A stretch of 63,951 nt of DNA, counting the filler, from Globobulimina sp. (lineage: Eukaryota), in assembly GCA_003354225.1 (NCBI GenBank). It is 6 parts of 6 records of this genome, joined end to end, with 100 filler letters (N's around TTAATTAATTAA, not from the genome) between each part and the next. Parts side by side here need not be neighbours in the genome. Positions count along the whole stretch, not along the records: positions 22,079 to 32,943 come from PIVH01000020.1; positions 33,044 to 43,250 come from PIVH01000021.1; positions 43,351 to 53,816 come from PIVH01000022.1; 3 more parts are not named here. The stretch is one strand, 5' to 3'. Positions 32,470 to 45,035 of this stretch are shown one piece after another; the stretch's first letter is position 1, and every line of letters begins with the position of its first letter. The translations under genes were made by a program, and so were the position numbers. The notes beneath the pieces are model-generated. The model saw only the letters and a program-made list of their open reading frames with translations, was not told where the DNA came from and ran no database searches.

Positions 32470-32650
32470 TCAACAAAAAATCGCGACAAAAAGAGTTATT
32501 TAAGCAAAATTATTCAAAAAAAATGAAACTCAAAGAAGTAGGAATATTTCACAGACACAAAAATCAAAACCAATGAAAATAAAAATATGTCATACAGTCA
32601 TAGTCATAAACTTTTAATGATAAAAAAAAAAGAAAATTAAAAATAATTAT

Positions 32651-32943
32651 TCACGTTTTACAAATTGTTAATTCCTGTTTTCTTAACTCAACAAAAAAAT
32701 TACTCTCAACAAATTTACAACGCATTTCATCTGAAAATACACTCTCTAACCAGTTACCATAAGGATCTTTAATTATTATTCGATCAAATGTTTTTGGTAA
32801 TATTGCTGAATTAATAATTGATAATAAATTATAAATATTAAATGTATAATTCCAATCTGTAATAATTATTATTTCATTCATATTTGGAAATAATTCAAAT
32901 AATAATGGTTTAAATAAATCAATATTATTATCATCAATATCTG
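32651..32943 (-). CDS. Hypothetical protein, C-terminal fragment
   Basis: Frame open from the contig end (...LFELFPNMNEIIII...). Confidence 0.45.
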
Positions 32944-33078
32944 NNNNNNNNNNNNNNNNNNNNNNNNNNNNNNNNNNNNNNNNNNNNTTAATTAATTAAN
33001 NNNNNNNNNNNNNNNNNNNNNNNNNNNNNNNNNNNNNNNNNNNTCACAAAAATATTAACGATTACGATGGTATAACTA

Positions 33079-34140
33079 TTACAATAAATATGCAATCGAT
33101 GCTAACACCACTGCATAAAAATAGGCATATACTTTGCTGTCAGTTGCAAAATCTACATTATCGTCATGAGCACCTTCAGCTTCTTTCTCTTGCTGGACAG
33201 TAATATTTCTTGTTGAATCAAACAATTTATTAAATACTGACATTGATTCTGACCCAGTTACATCATTCCATGTCGTTAAAGTTGAATAATAAAATACATC
33301 AACAACTATCACAGTATTATTTGCATACAATTTATCATAATTTCTCAAATCAACATGACATTGACTGATATCCAATAAAATGGCTATCCAATTCTTAACC
33401 GCAATTTGAAAATATTCTTCCACATAATCTGCATCCACAATCCCTTCGATCACCACATTCAATATCCCAATATTCGCATCGCCATCGTCGTACTCAAAAG
33501 CTCCACCATCACAAATCTTATCTTTATATATACTCACACTGCTCATTGCCCTCATTGACACATCATACGCCTTTTTATTAGCTGCAGTATTTTCAATCGA
33601 ACAGTCAATCCCAAAATATCCCGGCGAACAAACACAACTCCCATTCAAAATGGTGCCATGTCCATCGCATATATACGGATTTTCATCATAACAAATATTC
33701 TCAAACACAGGGCAGAATATCTTATCAAATCCGTAATCCCAACCTCTTTCATACACATAGCCAATCTTTTTAGTTACATTTTGAGACTCGTCGCTAAAAC
33801 AGGTGACCACATCAAACAAAGTATGTTTATAATTTCTATAATGAGTCATTCTTGTGCCCACATACTGGCCAACATAATTAATAAAACATTCCATTGGAAA
33901 ACAAGCAGTTCCCACAGGGTTGACACTGCCCGAAAGCCGCGCACATTTCGAGTTGCCACTAGCGAGACCACCAAACGCTTCAAGCTCGAGATCATCGCCG
34001 CCCCACTCACTGCCAGTATTATACTCGCCATATAACCTACAATCCGCTGTCAATGTTTCCTCATACAATGGGCAATAATCAGGATAGGCCAAGTCTCCAC
34101 CAATGTTACCAGAGCTAAAGTACTGATATTGAGTTTGGAG
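33079..34140 (-). pseudogene. C-terminal half of a leishmanolysin/GP63 (M8) peptidase with EGF repeat and hydrophobic tail
   Basis: QYQYFSSGNIGGDLAYPDYCP motif; C.GHG....G.CVCSPGYFGIDC. The HExxH catalytic half is missing and the retroelement 3' end lies in its place. Confidence 0.7.
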
Positions 34141-34434
34141 ATTAATGTTTTAATTTATTCCTTATATATAAAGATATAAAAAAGGATTTAAAAATAAATT
34201 GATTGATTGATAATTATGACTATAATATGAATAACTAATATGGGGATATGATGAAGTAATATGTACTGTGAATAAATCATTCTGTAAAACGGGGGGGAAA
34301 CATTAATATTTAATTACTTGTATTATAACTAACAAACAAATACCAAACACATAATAAACAAATACATAAAAACATACTTGTAACAAATAAATAAATACTA
34401 AAATAATAACTCCCCTCCCGAATATTATTAATGA

Positions 34435-35712
34435 CTACAGTTTTAATGATTTAATAGATTTACTAAAATGTTCTAAATAATAATCAGCTTCTTCTTGATC
34501 AAAATCAAATTGTTTACTTAATTGAAATTTCGTATCTTGTTCTGCGTTAAAATAAATATAACTTAATCTCATCATATCCCCTTCCGGATAATTTACATAT
34601 ATATAATAACTATCTCTTAATTTCCAACGGCCAACCCATGCAATCAAACCACGTTCAACACCTAATCTACTTAGCTGTGATGCAAATCCTTTGCGAAGAG
34701 AATGTGGTTTCTTCAATCGATTGGATTGAAAGAAGCCAATAAATAATATTAAATCACCAAAAATTGTTCTAAAATCATCCGTGTTCATAGGTTTGCCCAT
34801 ATGCTGAAATAAATGTGATTTGGAATTCCATGTGAAATGTTGAGGAAATTTCTTTGATAGAAATTTCAAAGTATGATAAAGATTAAATAGCATCAAAGCT
34901 GGATCAATTTTATGCTCTGATCTGCCAATCATAACATACGCAGTCTGACCTGTATTACGCATTTTGCTGTTTTGTAAAACTAAGCGTAATCCATGAAATG
35001 TATCCTGATTAATTGAGGTGTTATCCTCTATAATAATAAATTTATCTGTGTTTGATGGATCAATCACTTTATGATATAAAGTAATATCACATTTTCTAAT
35101 ACCATACGTGTGATTTTTGTCTTTGAAAGGATGAAATACTTCACCTATTCGCATACCTGAGATAACCATAACATTCACCGCCACCAAGCTCATACGTATA
35201 TGCATACAAAATGGATAAAACAAAATTTCTTCATCAATAATCAAATAATTTTGTGCTGCTTTCTTAAAATTCGAGCATTGACGTTTTGCTTTGGCGTATA
35301 ATAATTTTTCTGTTACAAATTTATTAAATCTAAATAAATGATCGCGTAAAAAAGGAATTGCACTGTCATTTGGATCCGAGGCGTTTCTCTTTTTACCATA
35401 ATCGACTAAGTTTGTTAATGACGGATTAATTGACCACGATGTTGGTGTCATAGCCAATTTATTAAAGTGATCCACTGCGCACAATTTATATCTCATTGTG
35501 TTCCATTTATTAACTTTCTTTCTCACCCAAAGACAGTCAATCATCCATGCCATCAAATAAATATCTTTTGTGGGAAAAGTAAGAAATTCTTGTTTGGGAA
35601 TTTTAAGGCGAGTCATTGTATTACAAAATTCGCAGAAATTACTATAATATGTGTCTTCTGTGGATACTTTAATTCCTCTCGAAGACATTTCGTGTAATCC
35701 AATGGCATGCAA
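34435..35712 (-). CDS. Tyrosine recombinase
   Basis: SGMRIGE (R), NSKMRN (K), HSLRKG (HxxR), GRWK...YYIY (W, Y). Confidence 0.95.
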   Translation of the reverse strand: MHAIGLHEMSSRGIKVSTEDTYYSNFCEFCNTMTRLKIPKQEFLTFPTKDIYLMAWMIDCLWVRKKVNKWNTMRYKLCAVDHFNKLAMTPTSWSINPSLTNLVDYGKKRNASDPNDSAIPFLRDHLFRFNKFVTEKLLYAKAKRQCSNFKKAAQNYLIIDEEILFYPFCMHIRMSLVAVNVMVISGMRIGEVFHPFKDKNHTYGIRKCDITLYHKVIDPSNTDKFIIIEDNTSINQDTFHGLRLVLQNSKMRNTGQTAYVMIGRSEHKIDPALMLFNLYHTLKFLSKKFPQHFTWNSKSHLFQHMGKPMNTDDFRTIFGDLILFIGFFQSNRLKKPHSLRKGFASQLSRLGVERGLIAWVGRWKLRDSYYIYVNYPEGDMMRLSYIYFNAEQDTKFQLSKQFDFDQEEADYYLEHFSKSIKSLKL

Positions 35713-35922
35713 TGGAAGATATTGCCATATGTTATGATTGAAATTCGAATCTCGTGATCTGCCTAAAATTTGTTGTATAAATGAAGGGAAATATAATTTA
35801 AATTTGCTGAAAGTGTGTCAAAATTACTGTACATTTATCAAAATTTGTATTTGCAAAGTTGTGAATTATAGATACAAATGATGTGTATATTAATTGTAAT
35901 ATACTAATTCTGCAATTATTGA

Positions 35923-37805
35923 TTATAATAATGTGATATCAGGATAAATAAATGGAGTCGGAGAATTATCAAAATTTGTGAATTTACGTGATTTGCAATG
36001 AGCTAAGAATTTGGCGACATCAAAACGAGATAAATCATCAGCATACAGATTTTCTTTTGTTTTTATATAATTTATCTTGACTCTTAATTTATATTCAAAA
36101 CAAAACCATACTGTCCATCTAATGCAATCCATCAAAAATACATCGTCTGTATTTTTTGAACTAAATACTGCCTCACAATGCTGATTATCGCATCGTAAAT
36201 TAATATCAATATTGGAATCAAAATAATGTTTGTAAGTCCATAATGCAGCCACAATGGCAAGTGCTTCAAAATGAGCTATATGCTGCTCTTGTGTATAAAC
36301 CATAGATTTGTCTTTGTCTAAATATTTAGTATAAATATCCATATATTGATTTGGAACAATGTCAAACGACCAATGACCTGCAAAATACGCCCCAATGCCA
36401 GGTTGCCACGTTGGTCTTTCTCCGTTTGTGGCGCCGTCTGTGTATAAATTTAATTTCGGTCTGTTGCCGTGATTGACAACATCATAAATATTTACTCGGT
36501 CACATAAATACATATATTTAATCCATAAATTCGCATCTTTCACTTCACTGTCAATGAAGTACATCAACGTAGTGTCATCACCATGAATCCGTTTATGTGC
36601 TGTCAATTTCTTTCTCATTCTACGTAAAAATGCTGTACCGGGCCACATTAATGCTGCCATCCACGTTAAAGTGCCCATTAATGACTCATATTTATCACTC
36701 ATTAACATACGGCAACATACAATAATTATAAGTATTAACAATGCTTTCTTCTTCTTCTTCGGACCTGGACCCACTGTCATATCCGAAGTGTCGTATATCA
36801 ATCCACAAACCTCCATAATCCAAGATACTATTTTCCTTTTTTCTGCTTTTTCAATATATCCACATAACTTCAAAAATTCAAAGAATTTGTGCATCAAAAA
36901 CGTTTCTCTTTTTCTATCTGAAAATGGATAGGATTTTATAAATCCAATGTGATCATCAATATATACTAAGTTATCAATCCTTTCATTGTTTAATAAGTAG
37001 GGCTCAATCCATTGTTTGAAAGCCAATAATAATACGTTACCAAAATCTTGTGAATGCTTTGATGCTCCTTTACTTCCATAAATATCACAGGTATCAACTA
37101 ATTCAAGTCCCATAAATTTATAACCCATATATTTCCATTCACTTTGATTCATTCCTAATTGTCTAAATGCATCGGCGCCGTCTGTCTTAAACATGAGACA
37201 GAAACGTCCCATAATAATAATTTTATTGCAGAAATCTTTGCATAGAGGAACTTGCATTCTATAATCAATCGGCGCTGTCAATGCGTTAATGCTATAGGTC
37301 CACAATGAGGAAAATGTTGCATGTCTGCAAATTCTCGCTTTGCTGTGTCTTTGTGTCTTAATTGTAACGGGTTTACCCGTTTTCTTGTCAACGGCGACTA
37401 ATTGGATGAAATTCAATATTCTCTGATTGTTATGTAATAATTTGTGCTTTGGACCAATTTTACCTAATTCTATCTGTTCAGACAGGTTCCTACCGACCTC
37501 AATCAATTCTAAAATATTAAAATCTTGCATTCTTTTCACTTTTTGATTCATTTGAATATTATCATTATTTGTAATGCCTAATTTCCAGCCATGTTTTAAG
37601 CAAATAAGTGTCTGATTAATTAAAATGTGCAATTTTCTATCATTTCCAACAGGAATTTGTTGAATTGCATGAATTACAAATTGATTAAATGGCTGACGAT
37701 GCAATTTTGATTTGACATATTTAAAATTCTTAATTGCTTTATCGAATCTACATTTTACAATGTCCCACAAAATTTTATTCCATAAATATGGATTTAAATA
37801 TAATT
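35923..37805 (-). CDS. DIRS-type reverse transcriptase / RNase H
   Basis: KTDGADAFRQL, YGSKGAS, YIDDHIG; RNase H LYTDGA, HFEALA, LRCDN, NLYADDLSR. No ATG at the conserved N-terminus. Confidence 0.95.
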
Positions 37806-38339
37806 CTATATAATATTTACAATTTACAATAATTAATATTGATATTTAACTACTTAACAACATCCGGTAATGATGTGTTAGTATATTGTGAATTTGACTG
37901 TGATCATTTGTACATATTACGCGTCGGACGTAAAAAATGATCTATATTCATTCTAATATATGAATATCAAAAGCTTGTGTCCTGAAAGTGTGACTTTATA
38001 CTTGTTTACTAAATAAACTAACTAAGAGTTTTTACGCTTACTAAGTGTTAAAAATAAAGGAGAAACTACGAAATATTACAATACCTTGTAAATATTGCGT
38101 ATAATGATAACAACCCATCCCTGAGTTTATTAATATCAATTTTAATGTGAAAATTAAGGATAAAAAATAAATAGTCCACAAATCAAATATCAATAAACCA
38201 AATTCAATTAAAATTGTCTACAAATCAAAATAATATATAAAATATATAATAAATATAAGTGATAATAAATGTATAAATTAATAGAATATAAAATAAATAA
38301 TTTAGTGAATATACTACGAAAAGATAAGCATTTCGTTTA

Positions 38340-41236
38340 CTATCCATATCCATATACATTGCCACCGCCTCTGTTGTCGCATTTATCCGAGGTATGGCGA
38401 TCTACAATGAAACAAAATCTACACATATGATGCCAATCACATTTCTCATGGCACGAACTGTAATAACATCTACCTTTCTCGCGATAGCCACAAATATATT
38501 GCACCAATTCCGGTCCACCATAATATACACCATTCTTCGTATGATAACAATTCATTTTCTGTACATTTACTTTCTTGTCCATCGGTGGATGATTATTGTT
38601 CTGGTTATAGCGATTTTGTTGATATCCACCATGACTCACTTTTTGTCGTTTGAATGGTGGTTGGTTTGCATTTCCATGATTTTGTTGTTGATTATTTGTC
38701 GGTTGATACATATGTTCATAACGAGACGGATCATAATCGCCTTGTTGTTGTTGTTGATAGTTACCATTCATTTGTTGTTGTTGATAGTTACCACGTCCAT
38801 TACCACGCGAATTACCACGGCCATTGCCTCGATAGTTACCTCTGCCGTATTTGTTGTACCTTCCTCTGAAGTTACCACGTTGTGGCTCGCCGTTGTAATT
38901 ACTATTGTAATCATTATATTGTCGTCCACCATAATTACCTCTACCACCACGATGGCGATATCTTCGTTTATATCGACCGCGACCTCTGTAACCTCTCACG
39001 TTCTGCCTTCGTGGTATGTAATTTGTTGTGTTTTGAGTTGGTTGATTATTATTGTTCGTTGTTGGCGTATTCGATAAACCAGCATCATACGAACGCGATT
39101 CTTTGGAATTGTAATGTTCATTGGACAAAATTGCTAATTTCCATTCATTTAAAATATTGCGATCGCTTAAATTCTCTCCTGCGCTCACTCCGCGTTCTAA
39201 AACTTTCTTTCTTCTTTTCATCAGAAAATGATTGAAGGCTTTTAAACCTTCGTTACCTCTCAATTTATCTGTTAATTCATGTTGGATAAATTTGGCAAAT
39301 TTCTGCCATTGCAAACCTTGCGCCGTCAAATATGCGCTTTGTATCAATGTTTCTGTTTTTTCGGATTTATTTCTATGGATATCTGCCAATTCCGTGATTG
39401 AAGATGCTATCATTACTACACATTGATAAGTTGCATTGTGTTCAGATTGCAATGCTTTTATTGCTCCGTCAATCGTTGTATGCTTTCGCGACCAATCAAT
39501 TTCACCAATTAATGCAAAATAACGTAATAAATCCGTGAGCGGTGCACCTCCGGTCGTGCATAATCGATAAAAACTAATCTTAGCCGCTGACCGTTTTTTG
39601 CGTGATAAGTTTCCATTAATAGCCGTATTTAAATCGTCCTGATCCTTTTTATACTCCATATAATTATAATAATCTAAGTTTAAATGGGGATATCAGGGAT
39701 GGTATGATGTGTATATTAATTAATGAGTTATATATAAAAACAGATTATAGGACATAGTTAACGCGTATTTGCGTGAATTCAGTCAGATTACACAACAGAT
39801 CTGACACTAAAACAAATTTTATAAAGGGGACAAATGCACACTACAAAATATGGACACACTCAGAGCAACTAAAGGGACATAATACACATACTCTGCATTA
39901 TAGATTGTCGGATATCATCATCCGTTACATGGCTACCACCATATTTGTTCATTAACTCTGTAAAATTTATTTGATCATCCTCTTCATCACTATTTGGATG
40001 CATATGTGTTAAGCCACTGACTAATGCGGCTTTGTTGTTTGATGCAATATCTTTCATTACATCTTCTTGCACATTGTTTGCGTTATTAATAATCTCTTGA
40101 TTGTAATCATCATTTCTTACATTGACGTTAAGGTTGCGATCTACAGATCTTTTATTGCGAAGATTTGATGTAAGTGTTCTTTGTCTGTTATTTGCATTTA
40201 ATTGTGTTAATAATGAAGGTTTGTTATTAGTGTTGCTGCGATTTCTTGTATTTGTGTTTCTGACTTTGCCTAAATTTAGCAACCAATTATTATTATGTTC
40301 ACTGTTTGTATCACTGTCATCTGCATCTTCTGTCTCTTCTTTCTTGTTCTCTGCCTCTTTATTCTCATTCGTGTTGTTGCGATTGTTGTTATTGCCCTGA
40401 TTTGATGGCATTTTATTTAATATTTTCTCTTTATATGCATCATATTCATCATTTTTATTTAATGCACTAATAAAAGTCTGGATAACTGCGTCAATTTTGG
40501 ATAAGTCCGGATTAAATTTAGATGCCTTGAATGCGACGGACGAGTTTGTTAATCCGTAATAATGGTATCTTTGTGCCTGCGGTGAGTTCTTTAATGTCAC
40601 ATTTTTGTTCGGATCCGCAATAAATTGATTAAATTGATTTATTCCTTCATCCCATATATAGATCGCATAATTTATAAATTCAGTCACTTGATCTTCGTTA
40701 TAATCGCCAGGAATTCCTCTCGCGGACACTAATAAACTTTCCATTAATTGTAATGTGGCATAATCTTTAGTTTGTAAATAATCCGTTAATTTGCATGCAA
40801 TTAAATTAATAGCTTGTTCTTTCACTGTCTTCATGAATTTGTACGCGAAGTCATCCGCACAATCCGGAAAAGCCCGGTTATTCGCATCTGTTACTGACCA
40901 TAATGGATCATTCTCGTCATTGATAATAAGCGAATTTGTATTCAATTGTCTCAATCTCTTGAATGCCAATCTCGAATCACTCTCTTTTGATATTTTAAAA
41001 CCAATATGCTTGCCCTGTGTTGCATCCGTTGCCGTGATTACTTTCTCTGATTTAATGAATTTAAATCCTAAATTAATATTATCGTATTGATCAATTAATT
41101 TCTTACTAATCGTTGCATACGGTTCGATTGATGATATTTCATGCGGTGGTTGTGTAATATGGACAAGTCTTTGTGCCGCAATTAATTTAAGATTGACACC
41201 ATTGAGTGCCTTTCTTACATCGAAGTTAAATGACAT
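38340..41236 (-). CDS. Gag-like protein, predicted two exons (intron 39674-39891), with RGG tract and Cys/His zinc fingers
   Basis: CAG A|GTATGT donor and CTTAG|AT acceptor join the 455-aa and 439-aa ORFs in frame; C-terminal CGYREKGRC...CDWHHMCRFC....HTSDKC. Confidence 0.75.
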
Positions 41237-41410
41237 AACGATTGCTAATCGTCTTTTGCTACGTTAATATACTTTGCTAATATACTTTTAGTGTTTCTGT
41301 GTCGAGACTGTATTTAAAACAAAAAAGAACTAAAACTTAAAAAACTTAAAAACTTAAAGTAAACTGTAAATGTAAACAAATATAGAAACGATATAATATT
41401 AGTCACCAAC

Positions 41411-41998
41411 TTAAAACCCTTGTTCCACGAATACAACATAGTGTTTAATATTTTGTTGTTGTAACATTATATTTGAATGTTGTTGAAAAAATAGATATTG
41501 TGCATTTATTGCAGAGATTTGATTTTGTAGTGTTTGTATATTTTGTTTCGATACCGATGAAATATAATCAATCTGCTCATTTAAGCGTGCTTTTTCATTG
41601 TAAACCTGGAGTGATTCCTGTATTGATGCCTTATTTTCCGTTTTCAACGATTGATTCTCTTCAACTGATACATTATGTGCAGATTTTAATTTATTTGCTT
41701 GATTTTGCAATAATTCATATTTTTCGCAATGTTTTTCAATTTGTTGGGTTAAATATTTGTTTTTGTCTTGTAACACTTTAATATTTGTTTCTTGATCATT
41801 AATTGATTGTGATTTACAATTTGATTTTAATTTGCCTTTATGGAGTGCTTTTAATTTGCAGTTGCTTTCATAAACTGATTTCATCGGTTTTTTAATCAAT
41901 TCATGATCAATTTGCATGAAAAGCGGTGAAGCCCTCAAGAACATCTCGTTAATAACTTGGTTAATTTGATCATGACTTGGTTGTTTCCAGGTTGCCAT
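41411..41998 (-). CDS. Coiled-coil protein, 195 aa
   Basis: Q/N/K-rich heptad ORF co-oriented with the retroelement. Confidence 0.5.
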   Translation of the reverse strand: MATWKQPSHDQINQVINEMFLRASPLFMQIDHELIKKPMKSVYESNCKLKALHKGKLKSNCKSQSINDQETNIKVLQDKNKYLTQQIEKHCEKYELLQNQANKLKSAHNVSVEENQSLKTENKASIQESLQVYNEKARLNEQIDYISSVSKQNIQTLQNQISAINAQYLFFQQHSNIMLQQQNIKHYVVFVEQGF

Positions 41999-42514
41999 GC
42001 GATGGCGAAGTTTGATTAAACGTTAAAATGAGTTAAAAAGATTGATTACATTTTTACAAGTTCGAGTTTTCCCAACATTTTTGTCAATTTTGCTCTCCAT
42101 AATAATTATTAGCAACGATGACCTTTGCAATGGTATACTGTCGCGCGAATATAAGTAATTCTAAGAAATTTTAATAAATTTAATACTATGGAAATTATTC
42201 ACAACACACAAAATATTTTAGCATTTTAAAACAAAAAAATTAAAAGATAACTAGCCTCATACGACTAAAAAACAAGAAACTAAAATAAAAAAGAATCAAC
42301 AAAAAACTACAACAAAAAAAAATACATTTTAAAAATAATTTTAATTGGAAAGCTACAATGCTATTTTTCTAAATAATAAAACTAAAAAAAAATTAACAAA
42401 ACTCGCTTTATTATGGATGAGATTTATACGGAACTATATTTTCTTTATAAAAAACTAATTATAAAAAAAATTAATTATCAGAACTTGTTTTTTCATCGAT
42501 AATTATCAACATAT

Positions 42515-43189
42515 TTATGAAACAAATATTTTCTCAGTTCCGGTATGGTCCGCTTTAAGAAATAAATATTTTGGATTTGATTCAACAATTTCTGTCAAAT
42601 CAGTTCCCGATATTCTATGTGAAAATTGTTTGAATAAAATTGGTTGAATATAACGGATTGATAACCCATTTTTTTTATTTTCTTTTTTCGATAACAATTT
42701 AATCATTGCTGCTAAGATACGTTTATCGTTTGGTTTCTCTTTCTGTTTATCTCTATTTATAAATGGTCGCACATCGATATTATTGCCCTTTATTTGCAAA
42801 GGTGATAATTTAATCAATTTATCCGCTTCTTTTGTGTCCGACAATGTGACCCAAGAAAAGCCAAACTTTCTATATTTCATCTCAGTGCATTTTATAACCA
42901 CAACGCCCAACGTAGCCAGTTCTTTTTTTATATCCTTGATGGTTGTGCCGTGACTAAAACCACCCATAAATACAGAACAATGATCCTCGCCAAACGGAGA
43001 TTTATTATTTTGAGTGTTCTTCGTATCTGAATCTGTTTCTTTGTGCTCTGTCCATGTCTCACTGGTTTCTGTCCGCTCTGATTGTATACATTGCATTTTC
43101 TGCACAATACGTGCGATATACGGCGCCTCGCTGCAGATTTTAGACTGGTATTTTAAGAAGAAATCGTTTTCAAATTGCTGTGGATTCAA
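42515..43189 (-). CDS. RRM-domain protein with possible C-terminal winged helix
   Basis: SVFMGGF (RNP2), FGFSWVTL (RNP1), IKGNNIDVRPF. Confidence 0.7.
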   Translation of the reverse strand: MNPQQFENDFFLKYQSKICSEAPYIARIVQKMQCIQSERTETSETWTEHKETDSDTKNTQNNKSPFGEDHCSVFMGGFSHGTTIKDIKKELATLGVVVIKCTEMKYRKFGFSWVTLSDTKEADKLIKLSPLQIKGNNIDVRPFINRDKQKEKPNDKRILAAMIKLLSKKENKKNGLSIRYIQPILFKQFSHRISGTDLTEIVESNPKYLFLKADHTGTEKIFVS

Positions 43190-43486
43190 ATATATATTTA
43201 TAAACTCAAATAATTGTTGATATCCTGCCGGTTTGGTGAGTATGAGCGTGNNNNNNNNNNNNNNNNNNNNNNNNNNNNNNNNNNNNNNNNNNNNTTAATT
43301 AATTAANNNNNNNNNNNNNNNNNNNNNNNNNNNNNNNNNNNNNNNNNNNNATATGTTTGCTTGATATTGAATTAAATAATGCATTGTTTTACTATATTAA
43401 TTATTTACAGATAGTATACATTTCATTCAATTATATTTCTTATACAGAAATGGTTTGTTATGTGTGGGAATGTGCACGAAAAATTA

Positions 43487-44854
43487 TTAGATTGTAAATG
43501 TAGGAATTTGTACAATGGTGCTACTTCTCATTTTTTCAACACTCATTTGTTCGGGAGTCGGATTATAGAGTTTAGCTCCATTTCTTCTGTCTAATTGTAA
43601 CAAAACAACTAAACAAAGGATTGCCATCATTGGCAACGCCATTTCAAAATATTGTACTTTTTTATATTTTTCATTTCCATCTATTTCTTCCGTCAATGCT
43701 CCAACAACAACATATCCAATAGCAACTAATGTAAATCGCGATGAATTTACGATGCCATATGCTGTTCCAATCAATTTATCTGAATTTGAATCCAATACAA
43801 TTGGGATTGCTGGCCATATCACAGAATAAAACATTGCACTCGATGTTGCAAATACAATCTGAGTAAACACTGTGAAATATATATTAATATGTACAAAACC
43901 GAACAAATAATGTGCTACACAGATCAATATATTCGCAACTATCAATAAATAACATTTCTTACCAAATCTGTCTGTCATATATCCAAACAAAGGCAGTAAT
44001 AAAGCACTAGAGACACCATCAAATAGTGGCAATAAGGAAGCCACAGCATAGCTATATCCATACATATGATGAAAAAAACTAACTTTTACATTCCCAAAGG
44101 TTTCAAAAGAGACCATATATAAACCCGAAACACAAATTAATAACCAAAATATTAACGGAAATTCTTTCAGATCAGAAATCTTAAAATTATTGTTATCTTT
44201 GCTTGACTCTTCAGTTACAATCAAATGCGTCAATTCAACTGCTTCTTCTTTCGCAAATATCTGAACATGTTCACAATGTACACAATATGCGGAATGTACA
44301 TAGTATACAAACAACGGTATAGCTAATATATGATAAGCGATGATTGGAATAGCCAATGCAAATTGTATTGAGTTAAAAAACGAATAGATTTGATATACAA
44401 ACACAGAATTTAGTGTGGCAGCAGACGCGTAAAAAGAAATTAACACCGCTAATACCAGCGCATAATGCTTTTTATCCACAGTAGCGAGAGCCATTACCTT
44501 CAATGCAACGTTGAATGGTTCATTGCCAATGCCGGTCACTACTCTGCCAACACAGAACATTGTGAATGATGCGGATGTGGATGTTGCAGAGAATACGACA
44601 ATGCCACATCCAATGATTGTAATCATCCATAGTATACACAACATTCTATTTACACCAATTTTGTCCATCAAAACACCGCAAAATAGCGATGTTATGGAGT
44701 TTGGCCACGAATATAATGATTGTAACAAGTTATAATCGATAGCATTGATATCATAATATGATATTAACTGATCTTGTATTGGCATCAGATTATTTCTCGT
44801 CATTGAACTAGCCATTACTAACAAGCAGAGGGCCAACACGAAGAACCATTTCAT
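43487..44854 (-). CDS. MFS transporter, MFSD1-like
   Basis: YNLLQSLYSWPN, GVLMDKIG, GRVVTGIGNE, GYMTDRFGK, IGTAYG; about 12 TM segments. Confidence 0.85.
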   Translation of the reverse strand: MKWFFVLALCLLVMASSMTRNNLMPIQDQLISYYDINAIDYNLLQSLYSWPNSITSLFCGVLMDKIGVNRMLCILWMITIIGCGIVVFSATSTSASFTMFCVGRVVTGIGNEPFNVALKVMALATVDKKHYALVLAVLISFYASAATLNSVFVYQIYSFFNSIQFALAIPIIAYHILAIPLFVYYVHSAYCVHCEHVQIFAKEEAVELTHLIVTEESSKDNNNFKISDLKEFPLIFWLLICVSGLYMVSFETFGNVKVSFFHHMYGYSYAVASLLPLFDGVSSALLLPLFGYMTDRFGKKCYLLIVANILICVAHYLFGFVHINIYFTVFTQIVFATSSAMFYSVIWPAIPIVLDSNSDKLIGTAYGIVNSSRFTLVAIGYVVVGALTEEIDGNEKYKKVQYFEMALPMMAILCLVVLLQLDRRNGAKLYNPTPEQMSVEKMRSSTIVQIPTFTI

Positions 44855-45035
44855 TATTTGATGTTCTCTTATATTTCACGAAGACTAAAAACTTCACTTC
44901 AATTAAACCAGGTTACAATCACAACCCTGTATTAACGGAAACAAACGACCAAGCTCATAAAAATAAATTAATTATTTAAATTAATTGTGTACATGTATCT
45001 TGTGATAATTATAAAATATATCAGAGGTCAACCTA

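Larger units (their letters stand above)
34145..41236 (-). mobile_element. Tyrosine-recombinase retrotransposon (DIRS order, Ngaro/PAT-like); may extend to 43250 or beyond
   Basis: Co-oriented gag, RT/RNase H and YR; no methyltransferase after RNase H; termini unresolved. Confidence 0.9.

Noticed and set aside
34435-35712. Phage integrase for the tail module, or an RT-based bacterial system (retron/DGR)
   Set aside because: It is on a different contig, and the gag, RT/RNase H, YR order with DIRS-type motifs explains it.
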